A DNA stretch of 64,000 nucleotides from Gnetum montanum (Eukaryota; Plantae; Gnetophyta): NCBI GenBank assembly GCA_015680685.1, contig MNCI01001193.1, positions 97,717 to 161,716 of the forward strand, written 5' to 3'. Positions within the stretch are counted from its first letter, which is position 1. The number at the start of each line of letters is the position of its first letter. This document shows, piece after piece, positions 26,061-37,700 of the stretch. The notes below the pieces were generated by a model that searched no databases, had not been told where the DNA came from, and was given only the letters and a program-made list of their open reading frames with translations. The translations under genes were made by a program, and so were the position numbers.

Positions 26061-26999
26061 TTTTCTCATCACAACATTGAACCTAATAACTATACATGGC
26101 TAGATATGTGCCCACTTAGCAACATTTTATTTTACATTAGTCTCCTTATACTATGACAAGATACATATTATGTCAAAATAAGAGGTCTTCTCTAACCCTA
26201 TTTTTTTGGTATGATTTTTGTTTACTCATTTCCCCCTCTCTATCTCATATTATGTATCCCTAATCTATTTATCTCATTCTACTATACTCTACTTAGCATA
26301 ATCAGTGAGATTTTTTAGTGACTAATATCTCATTACTTCATGTGAGGATGTGATTGAGTGTATTATTAAGTGGGACTAGAAGGGGTTTTCTATTTTGAAC
26401 TTATACATGGTTTTTGTTCAACCATGTAGTGTGTAGAATTTAGTCATGCCTTATTTCTATGGCATAACACCATCCCCATGATAGGTATATGGGCGATATC
26501 CTCTTTTCTCCCCCTTTTTTATGCTCTCTACATTCACATGATATCTATTTTTTACTCTTATGTACTATATCTCTCTTATTCCTCTTATTTCTTCCTATCA
26601 TTTGTTGTCATTTCTCTCTATATTTAGCACATTGCTAAGGCTAGATGCAATAAGGGAGTTTGAGTGTTGAGTGGAATGAGGATTATGAATAGTATACTAG
26701 AGTGAGGTGAGGGAGAGGTCTTCTTTAAGGATCTAGCCACACCTCACTTCTGTGGTGTAGCACTCCACCATAGGTGTATCGACAATGTTCCTAAATTTCT
26801 CCCTAATCATTCTACTTCATTTTACCCCTTTTATAAGTACTTTGTCAACATCATCTCCTACTTATTGTTCTTGATGAATTCTCCTTCAATATTTTAGTAG
26901 TACTCATTAAGAGAAGTCAATGCGGTATTTACTTTTACTTGTTTCAATAGTTAAGAGTTTTGGGTATAACACTATATCTTCATTAGCAAATTTTCTAGC

Positions 27000-28293
27000 A
27001 ATTGCTATGATTACATTACCAACCTTCCTTTAGCTATTCAGTTTCTTCAAAGAGCCCCAATTTAGACATCTTGTATCATTAGTAACATCATTATTGATCA
27101 TTATTTTCAAAAGATTCCAAATTTGACATCCCCTATTATTTGAGATATCATTCTTGGTCATTCATGTTTAGCTTCCATTTCAATGTTTGATGTTAGTTCC
27201 TACATTAATTCTGACTTAGTAGTTTTCAACATGTTCATATTAATTATGATGTTATGTGTCATTTCTGGTTATTTATAGTTTCAACATACCTTTTAACATT
27301 TGATGTCATTTTATCTTTCGATATCCTACATTACTTTCTACGTCAACTAAATTTTGACTTTAGCCTTGACACTATACATCGATTTAGCTATCCAGAAGCT
27401 TCTAGAGTCTTCTATGGACCATGATGCATCCTTTCTTCATACTTTAAAAGGAATTTTCAATCTATAAATAAAACCCTCATCCTAACTAAGAATTGGTTAC
27501 ACACACTAAGAGAAGAACATCTTTGTGAGCATTGGCTATCAAGCTCTCTTAGTGCATCTTAGCCATACCAAAGTTCTAATCTCTTTCACTTTCCTCTTTT
27601 GGCACATATTGTACCTTCCATCATGTTGTCCCATTGAAATGCAATGATTCTATTGGATCTAAATCCACACTTTATTCTAATTCAATTCATACCCTACTTC
27701 ACCAAATTTACATCCGTATTAGCTTGTCTCCTTGATGAGATCTTCATCATGCATATGCATTAGAGAGAACTAGGGTAACATTGTTCTTTGTTAGCTGCAT
27801 TTGATCCTATAATCACATCAAAGTTGTTGTTTCTATTTGACAACTTTCCCTTCAAGTTATTTATCTATCATTATCATTTTTTTATTTCTCAGAAAATCCT
27901 TGTTTTCCCAAAATCTTTTGGAAGGATTTTCTTGTATCACTCTTTTTGTAATAAAAGGTTTAGGAATCAAAGTTAGCTTTCATTTCTAAATCTATTATTT
28001 CATCATCCTATAGCATAAATTCCAACAATTATGTTTGCTTTTTAATGTTCCCATCTCACATGTAAAGCAAGCTAATCTTTTTGACGTTCATGCAATTTTC
28101 TACATTACATTATTTTTGCTCTAACTACTATTCCACACTTTCAATTCATTCATTCTACTTTAAATTTTGATCTATGTTTCATGTAAACACAACTTAGGTT
28201 GCTAGCATTCGTGCAACCTACAAGTCCCCTTTTGATTTAGAGTCCTTCTTTAGAGTATTTGATGGTCACAAAGTGCTTGGCTCATTTCATACA
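27000..28293 (+). repeat. Probable LTR of the Tat-like element, related to 57700-58810
   Basis: Shared blocks ctatacatcgattt.gcta, cttctaga...atgcat..tttcttcat, caagtcccctttt.attt and agagt.ttt.gtggt. TATA ctataaata ~27462; ends ...tttcatACA. Start uncertain. Confidence 0.55.
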
Positions 28294-31130
28294 AGTTGTT
28301 ATTAGTTAATCACATTAATTCTCACTATAATAATGGTTGCCTCCCCTTTTGTTTCTACTTTGAAAATTTGTGGATCATCTTACTATACACCCAAGATTTC
28401 ATTCTTCCCCTTAGGAGTCAGCCACTAATTTACAATAGTCTATTAATACTTACCTTTGCTCATTTTCTTCTTTTCTTCTTAATTAATGCAAACACCTCCA
28501 CATGACTCTCTCTTGGACTCTCCCTAAGCTTTCTAAGTAGCTTGCCACACTAAGCAACTTTGATCCTACAAACCCTAAATGCTAATCCATTTAAGCCTAG
28601 TTACAAAGCTTCATTATGATGGAAGAACCCTATTGGTAGTAATAATCATGAATTTTCTAGCACATTGAAGGTAATCACAATGCTTAGTATTTTTTCCTTC
28701 ATGCCACAACCAATAAGCAAAAGTAACTCCAACTCTCATTCACAAGAGATATAAGACCAAATCTTGATATCTTTATTGCTTATTTTCATAAACTATTTGT
28801 TGCCACCCTTGCAAGAATAACCTCATTCGCATCATCTTAGCCCAACATCATAATATTTAATCTACATCTCAATAAGACCACCTCCATACTATTGAGAAGC
28901 TTCAAATAGTCATGTTATCCTCACTTAAGAATAAGTCCCCTAGGCTTTATGGTTGGATAAACAAGTTTATTTAATTTCTTAGTTCAAGATTGATCTCACC
29001 CTCACTGACACTTTTGTGGAGATTATTCAATCAAATTGTTTCTTCTTGAAACCCTACCTTAATAGCTCTAATCTCTAAGAAATAATCTATATGTTTCTCA
29101 AAATGTTACAAATCTATCAATCTTTACTTTATGGTGTGCAAATTCTATGCTAAGATTTGCACTAACTGCATTCACATGTTACTTCTCATGCTTATTAGTC
29201 ACATGCAAATTGACTCTATTTGATATCATTTTGATGCATGAAAACCTACATTGGGCAACAACCATCTTGACATCCATGGTTACTATTAGAATTAATCTCA
29301 TCAAAGCCTATGATAGTGTTTTCTAAGAGGCACTCCTTGTTGTTATGTAAGCACTTAGCTTTAATGATTGATGGTTGAAACACATTATCTTCATCCTATC
29401 TATCATAAGATGTGTTGTCCAAGTTCATTTGCAACAAATGGAATGGTTTCAACCAATGTAGAGCTTAAGACATGATGATCCTTTGTCATTATATCTCTTT
29501 ATCATCATTTCATAGGTTATGGATCCTTGCTTAATGCATGTTAGCCTTGTTAATCCTCTTTCATAGTCAATCACATATAAAAATATATTGATGACACTAT
29601 GACTTTAATTGATGTCAATACCCACACAACTTAAAGTCTTTGCAATGATCTTTAGTGTTTCTCCCAAATTTTAGGCCTCTAGGTCAATTATTTCAAATTG
29701 GTTATTTATAACATTGGCTACCCAATTGGGTGCTTCCATTGAATTATTCATCTTTTGGGAGTTACCTATAAACCACTACTAGATACCTACCTTGGGATCC
29801 TCCTCTTCATCTCTCAGTCAAGGATGCAATACCAAGATATAGTGTATGCCAAAATGTGATGCCTTCCAGATTGGCACAGTCTCCATCTATCCTTTGTTGA
29901 CCATATTTTTATTACTAAAACCATGCTTACACACTTTTCATTTTTTTTCATAAACTACCATTCCATCTCCCAATGGTTTTATTGAAAAAGTTGATAGACT
30001 TTTTAGGCACTTCATTTAGAGAGGGTCTAGTGCATGTGGAAAAATGTACCTTATTTGTTGGGATCATGTTGTTCAACTAAAGCAATATGGTAATGGTAGC
30101 ATCAAGTTGTTTTATCTCATGATCACCAAACACTTGTTCCAACTAGTACTCTAATGGATCTCCTATAATTTGGATCCTTTGACCTATCATCACATCCTAA
30201 GATCAAATACACATCCCTATGGCACCTCCAACACATCCTCCCTTTTTTGTTCTATAATCAACTTGCTCTTACTTGGTATGAAATCTCTTTCCATTTCATT
30301 TGGATCAACCTATCCTCATACATGCCTTTTGGTCAAGCTAAATGATCCTTGATCATAAATCATATTACATCCATTTAATGGTCATAGGCCTCCTCTTGGA
30401 TTTTAGAACATTAGGAGCCTTCATTTCATGATCTTAATCGGGCTAGTTGTTATTTTTTTCCCTACCATCCTACCACTTTCCCTTAATCATCATCCTTTTA
30501 TAGATTTAGTGCCTCCTTCACTTATGTTGACCTTTCTACCAAGATAATAGTTGAGGACAATAACCTACCACCAAGAAAATCAACAAACACTAAAAATTTC
30601 ATCCCTCAAACTAGATTCATTTCTTCTTCCTACCGTCCCACCCTAGTCTTACCAATGTTGATGGTTCTCAATTTTCCTCAAATCCAAATGTTCATTTGAC
30701 TTCTATCTTAAGATGCTTTGTTGATGTAAAATAATCTGCTCAAGTGTGAATTTTAGGGGATTGGGGTATGCGTTATTTACTAGAATGTAGTAGAATCAAC
30801 CTCACACATGTTCACTCATTACCCATACAGCACTGCATTATGCTATAATTTGTAGAATCTAGCTCATGTCATGACAAATTTTTGGTACACCCCACATGCA
30901 CATTCAATTTTAGGGAGCTAAAACATGGTGGCTTGACGAGTGTTTCTTTACTCGGGTTTATGACATCATAGGAACAACATCATTTTCAAGTATGTGGTAT
31001 GTCTTCTCACAACTCAACTTGCTTTACAAATTCTTATCTTTGCCCTATATTGGAGCCAGCTTCTCAAGAACACTTTGCCCAACAATTTTTCCATGGTATA
31101 CCAAATAATTTGTTCTGAGCTTTTGAACAT

Positions 31131-32671
31131 TGATGAGTGGCAAGATACCCCTACACTCAACCATACGAATATGAGTGTTTTCATGCGCGATCCGGTCGAA
31201 CTCCACAGACGGACTAGTTGTGGCACCTAGATCGTTAACCTTAGGTCGCAGTTCATTGTCTTCCCACTTGAACTAGTATTAGCTTTGTCACGTATAGTTT
31301 AGTCCAGAGTGAGGTGTATGATGTGTTCTTAATCTAATGCTACTCCTAAAGGCAATGGAAGGTAATATTAACTAAGCTAGGAGGAAAGGGTAAGAGAAAA
31401 TCTAATCTAGCCTAAGTGTGATGAGTAGCCATTCCTTGATTATCTGTACACATCTTGGACTTCATGCACAACTACCACTGGGATTACCAAGCGCAGATCC
31501 TAGGTANNNNNNNNNNNNNNNNNNNNNNNNNNNNNNNNNNNNNNNNNNNNNNNNNNNNNNNNNNNNNNNNNNNNNNNNNNNNNNNNNNNNNNNNNNNNNN
31601 NNNNNNNNNNNNNNNNNNNNNNNNNNNNNNNNNNNNNNNNNNNNNNNNNNNNNNNNNNNNNNNNNNNNNNNNNNNNNNNNNNNNNNNNNNNNNNNNNNNN
31701 NNNNNNNNNNNNNNNNNNNNNNNNNNNNNNNNNNNNNNNNNNNNNNNNNNNNNNNNNNNNNNNNNNNNNNNNNNNNNNNNNNNNNNNNNNNNNNNNNNNN
31801 NNNNNNNNNNNNNNNNNNNNNNNNNNNNNNNNNNNNNNNNNNNNNNNNNNNNNNNNNNNNNNNNNNNNNNNNNNNNNNNNNNNNNNNNNNNNNNNNNNNN
31901 NNNNNNNNNNNNNNNNNNNNNNNNNNNNNNNNNNNNNNNNNNNNNNNNNNNNNNNNNNNNNNNNNNNNNNNNNNNNNNNNNNNNNNNNNNNNNNNNNNNN
32001 NNNNNNNNNNNNNNNNNNNNNNNNNNNNNNNNNNNNNNNNNNNNNNNNNNNNNNNNNNNNNNNNNNNNNNNNNNNNNNNNNNNNNNNNNNNNGCAGATCT
32101 TAGGTACACTACTAGGTTACCAAGTAGTCACACTTAAATGCTCATAATCAAGTTGTACTCATTTCGTGTTACTAGGAGATAAGGGTGAGAGAGAGACTAA
32201 TTAGGAAATAAGTAAATAAAAATTAAATAATTAAATAAATAACAAAGTGAATGTTGTAATGATGAAGTAATCTTGATCTTTATTGCCGGTCATGTGCGTG
32301 TCCAAGTACATCACACTCAAATAAAGGATGTCGTACAATTACATTCACCACACTGCGGACAGACACTGGAAAATAATCTATCTCTGGAAGGGGAAAACTG
32401 CCAGAGCTTCGCTAAGGAACTAAACTAGATGTCAAATGAGGGAGAGCCGCCTCTTATTTATAGACATTGCAGTGGGCAGGACGCGATATCGCATATGCGA
32501 TATCGCGACCCATGAGATATCGGGGGTGCGTTATCGTGGGTGCGTTATTGTAGCTGTCAGCAATTTCATGACTCATCAGCAGGGAAAGATGTGATATCGT
32601 GTATGCGATATCGCGGCCCATGCAATATCACATACGCGATATTGTGGCCCATGCAATATCGCGTCCCATCA
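31131..32671 (-). mobile_element. Athila-family LTR insertion with TSD (solo LTR or gap-collapsed full element)
   Basis: Starts TGATGAGTGG, homologous to 5360-6143, ends CCCATCA at 32671. TSD AACAT at 31126-31130 and 32672-32676. Contains the N gap. Confidence 0.88.
31507..32092. other. Assembly gap (N run)
   Basis: 586 N. Confidence 0.99.
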
Positions 32672-34283
32672 AACATGGTCAATGCTTGCACTTTTGTAGC
32701 ATGTAACTTCTTTGATCTAAGTAGTTTTTTGGTCTGTTCACTTTGTTGCTTTTTGGCATTACCTCCATAATCATCTTTACATTAAATGATACGTTCTTTA
32801 TTGTTGGTATGAAGAGGATTTCCACCAAAGTAGAGCATCTTGCTTGCATTATTGGCTTGCCATGACAATGGGAATCTTTTCTTCATGACATGCTTGTAAG
32901 CTCAAAGATTGCTAAGAACTTCCTTAAAGATGATCCTTAATCCAAAAATCACAAAGGCAACTACAATCTCTATGATCTTGACAAGTTGTGGTAGTCAACT
33001 ACCAAAGCCACATGCAAGTACATGTTTTGTCAATCGTCCAATTGACTCATCAGTAATCACCTTTATATCCTCTAAAGCTTGAAGAATTATCTTATCCTCA
33101 ACATGCTGATCTTTTTCATTGATGTTATTAACTGTAACATAATGCATGTGCATGTTGATTGCCTACCAATTTGTGAACATGAAGGTCTTCTTCAATCCCT
33201 TGTATGGGAGCAAGGGATTTTGGAGTTGTACATCTTTGCAAATGATAAAACGTTAGCACTGTACCATATCAACCACCTACCTTATGTTTCAACCAAATCA
33301 AGGACTATAGTAAGCATTGTTGACAAATGGACAAGGACAAAGCTGCCAAAGGCTTCTTTAACATGCACATAGTGAGGTCCTCACTTGCCTTCAAGGTTGA
33401 GGTAACCACTAATGTTGACTCAAGCTTGACAACTTCCTTTGCTCCCACCTCATAGTAAATTTCACATGCTCCACTAGCTTCACCTACTAGCATCCCCACC
33501 ATCATCACTACCTTGTCACAAGGTAGCTTTTTCTCTAAGCACTCTTGTACCATTAATTCCTCACCCACTAATGATTCAACCTACACTACCGTTGCTAGCA
33601 CCTCCTTTGACTATTGCCTATGTACATGCAAGTTTTTAACCTTTCATACCCACAATATTGATGCTTGTTCCCTCATCCATATCCTTGACAATCCTAAGCC
33701 TCATCGAATAACTCCACCCCTACCCTACCTTTCCATATTTTTTCCCATCACCCCTCATAGCTCCATGCCCCTCTCTAGCTTTGAGCATGCATTCTCCACC
33801 AACTTAAACTCACTCACCCTTGCCTGATGACTAGGGTTGGCCACCACCACAAATAATTGTGTGTCTTTGACGGAATGACTTGGCCTTTCAGTTCTTACTA
33901 TCCACCCTTACAATTGGCTCCCCCTTAGGCCTCAATTTTCCTAAAGACTAACCTATTATTACCCTCTACCTTAATGATGCCCCTACCCACAACTGCTGTT
34001 GTGAGCTTTGGTCAATAGACTTATGAGAGAGGGACAAGCTGAACTCAGTAGTGTTTAGGTGGGGTGCCTTGCTTTAGAAGTGTAAGGATGATGATACCTT
34101 GAGAATTCCTTGACCGACCTTGCTTCTTTGCTATTATAAACATGTTGAATGATGATCATTGTCTTGCTTCCTTTTAAGCTTTACTTAAGACCTCTAAATT
34201 CAATTTTGTAACCTTTTGCTTTATGAAACAAAAAACATATTGGAATTGCAAATTTAATTAATTTCAAAAAGTACAAGTATTCT

Positions 34284-34596
34284 TAATGTTGGAGAGCAGG
34301 TATATTTTTACCATCATATACATCGCTGAAGTCGACGGGTGTAACAAAATTTCAGTTCCAGTCAAATTTCATTTTCTAATTCACGTGGCATGATACGTAA
34401 TGTTGCAGAACACGTATATTTTTACTATCATATACATCGATAAGGTCCACGGGTGTAATAAAATTTCAGTTCCATTCAAATTTCATTTTTGGATTCACGT
34501 GCTATGTTACGTTGGAATCTGGACTGACGTTCAAAATGTCCAGAGCGAAACAAAGATCAGAGCTGCAAGGTTCTTCGGCATTGGGCACGTGACGTG
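34284..34596 (+). promoter_or_regulatory. Promoter region of the WDR13-like gene: ~114-bp tandem duplication and three G-boxes
   Basis: Copies at ~34284-34397 and ~34398-34511. CACGTG at 34382, 34496 and 34586. CpG-retaining region upstream of exon 1. Confidence 0.6.
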
Positions 34597-34706
34597 AAAA
34601 GGAGCCACGAACAAGAACGCATTCATTTTCATTTCAACGAACTCCAACGTACGTGGCTCATCATTTGTTTGTACATCCGGCAGCTGCGATAAACAATGCC
34701 GCAACA

Positions 34707-37700
34707 ATGCTTCAGCAGATCGTAGCTGCTTCCGCGTCTGAAATTGGATTTCAGACAGAAAACGAAGAAGTATCTCGCGGAACGTACAGAATTCTTTCGC
34801 AGCATGCAAATTCTCCGGATCTTTGCGAATCCGCAGTGCAGGATGCGGCGGACGCTGAATCACGAAGACCGGACGAGAGCTCGGCGGACTGCGAAAGGAA
34901 CGCCGAAGAAACGGAAAATGTGGCGGATGATGGAAACGAGGGTGAAAGGCGGCAACAAAGATTAAATGGAGTCGAAAAGGAAGATGAAACCGTTGAAAAG
35001 GACAGGATTGGCAAGGCCGAGTCATTTGCAGGTCTTTTGCAGCCGTGCTACGAAGGACTCGCAGCCGATTACGTTGGAACGCGGCGCTTGCTGCTGTTCC
35101 GCAAGGCCCTTGCTGGACTCGATCAGAGACAGGTGCTAAAAATTAACCAGCTCGTGTGCTGTGTTCCATTGAAGTATTTGAATTTTGCTTGATCTTGTTC
35201 TGTAGATCTTTGATTTGGCAGAATGTCCGCAAAGCGGTCTCAGTAGCGTGGTTTGGTGATGTTTTAATTGCAATTACAATTTTGATGTGTTTTGGTGAAA
35301 ATGTTTTACGAGGGGTTAAGTTTCACCGGTGCATGTTTTTAAGGAATTGTCTTGTGATTTTTTAAGTCTCCTAAAGTAGCATTCTTGGTTTTTAACAGTT
35401 TTGTTTTTAAACTTGAGCATCTTCTTTCTCTAGAAACTTATGTTTCAGAAAACACGGTATTGTCGAACATTCAAGTGTGGAATGATCTTTGCAAGTTCTC
35501 TGTTAGCGTCTCTGCAGCGTTGTACAATGTTGTACTCCAAATGCTCGTCCCTGTTGATGTCAAAACTTTAGCAGGAACTCATAGAAGTCATGTGAATCTG
35601 CAGTAGCTTGAGCCGGCAAGAGATATGTCATGTTAAAATTTAAAAATCTTCATGAGAAGACGAGATATAGCATATTAACACTACTCTACTGTGATGATGC
35701 CGATTCTCAAGGCCAAAAAACAGGGGGAGGCAATTCTCAATTTTAGGATATTGTTCTTGTTTTCATTTTGCATGTTAGGACAAAATTTTAGAATAAGATT
35801 TTAAAGAAAAGCTTAGCAACCAAGCATTTCAGTTGTTTCTGTCTTAGGGTTAATGACAGGAAACGCCTTTTTCCAATGCCCCGTGATTTGTTTTGTGACC
35901 TAAAAATATACTTTTTAGGGTCCAAGAAATCAGGTAGATAGCCAGCCATCAAAAACTATCATCAATTCATTTGCCTACTTAAAGGGGTTACCCAATGCTG
36001 CTGGGATAAATGCACTGTAATTGTGATGATGATTCATGTATTTTCAGTAACATTGATCTTATCTGTTAGGTGATCTCTAAGATTCCAGGACAGTTTCTTC
36101 AAATCCTATACTTTATTCTATAAAATTTTCCTTTTACTACTTTAAAGAGAATATTAAGGTTATGATGATCTGTTGGGAGAACTAATGTTGAACAAGCGTT
36201 TTCAGCACCATTGGTTAGTATAGGTTAGTATATCTGAGCCTAGAAAGCTGCAAAAATGGTATTTATGTATAGGATGTGATTGGTGCTCTATGTCATCTTT
36301 TACGGACAGGACATTTTACACCTGTAATATTATATACCTTCATTAACACTACCCGAAAATATTTCATAGGTTTCAATGTGTTTTCTCTTGCATTCTTTAC
36401 GTGAGTACCCAATATTTAATTTATGTAAAAAACAGCATCAATACTAACTATTTAATTGGGAAAAGAAATGCATGTTGCCCTTGATTACACAGCCTGAATA
36501 AAATTATATAGACAGCTAATATCAACTTTCCAATCTTGTTTCAACAGTTTCTCTTTTTTTTTTGTCCATTTTTTGGAAGTTTTATTCCCTTTTATGTTTA
36601 TTTAATTTCATATTCATTTTACATTACAGGATTATTTGTTAGAAAATGAAACAAGCGCTTACAAACTGATCTGGAGACATGTTGTTATGTTCTGAAATTA
36701 TGTAGTCCCAAACCTTCTGCAACATAGCCTAGAGCAGAATCCTGTTTTATATTACATATGAGAGGTTTTTTTTTTCTTTGGACAATTCTGGTAGGACATA
36801 TGCCTACACTTGTAGAAATTCATGTATGATGTCTAGATGATATTTTCTTTCAGAGGATGTCATGTCCAATTAACCATTTAGGATTGTTCCAATGATAAGA
36901 TTTTTAGGTATGTTTGTGTTTTCAGTTTGGCAAATTGTAATATCCTATGTTCGGTCAAGCTTCAATACCTCTGTTTTCTCAGATGAACATCAATTGTAAC
37001 ATTAAGTTTATTACAAATAACCCTTGCAACCTTATTTTGTTGTCTTGAAGCATATGCTTGGTTGTTTGTACTCTTGTTCATCAGCGTCAAAATACAAATC
37101 ATAGTTATTACCAATCATGCATGTTTTTCACTTTTATTTTTTGAAATTTCTATCATAACCTCACAGGCTTTGCGTGTGTAGGGTGCTCTTTTAAATGAAG
37201 ATGCTTTCAATTTTGTAACTATAAGTATTTTGTTACAGTCCTGAATGCTCTGACTGCAATAATTGCATGTAGGAACATTTAAAAGCATTATTCTGATAGT
37301 GCATGCTGTGTTTTATTTTTGTAATATGTTTATGATGTTTTGGTGTTTATCTTTCAATTTTGCCACTAAAAGACTGTTATAATTGAAGGCTTGGACAAAG
37401 AATGGGAAGGGCTATGTTGCATATCGTAACTATATTTCTAGCCATAAAAATGGTGATCATACTCAGCTTGCAAGTCTGTCAAATACGTCAGGAGAAGGGT
37501 TAGCTGTGTGCAGGGTTTGAATTTGATGCTTTTTTCAGTGCTATGTTTATGATACAAGCACAAAAATATGTTATCTTACTGTTTGCAAGCTGATTTATAT
37601 GGGTTAGCAAATTGAAAATTATTAAAAACTGATAAAAACTGGAAATCAGTTAAAACATACAAAAACCCACCTCTGGTTGGGCTTCAGAATATGCAGATAT

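Larger units (their letters stand above)
28700..34237 (+). mobile_element. Decayed L1 LINE ORF2 and 3' end, interrupted by an LTR insertion at 31131-32671
   Basis: INLIKAYDSV, SLRHDDPLSLYLFII (GLRQGDPLSPYLF), YIDDT, TYLGILLF and zf-RVT-like PQIQMFI*LL..DAL. A-rich end tttatgaaacaaaaaa at ~34220-34236; the 3' extent is less certain. Confidence 0.8.

Noticed and set aside
31418-32147. Long ORFs in the ORF track (also 21239-21608)
   Set aside because: Artefacts of translating N runs.
34531-35025. Antisense and alternative-frame ORFs over exon 1
   Set aside because: Shadow ORFs of a GC-rich exon; only the + frame matches a known family.
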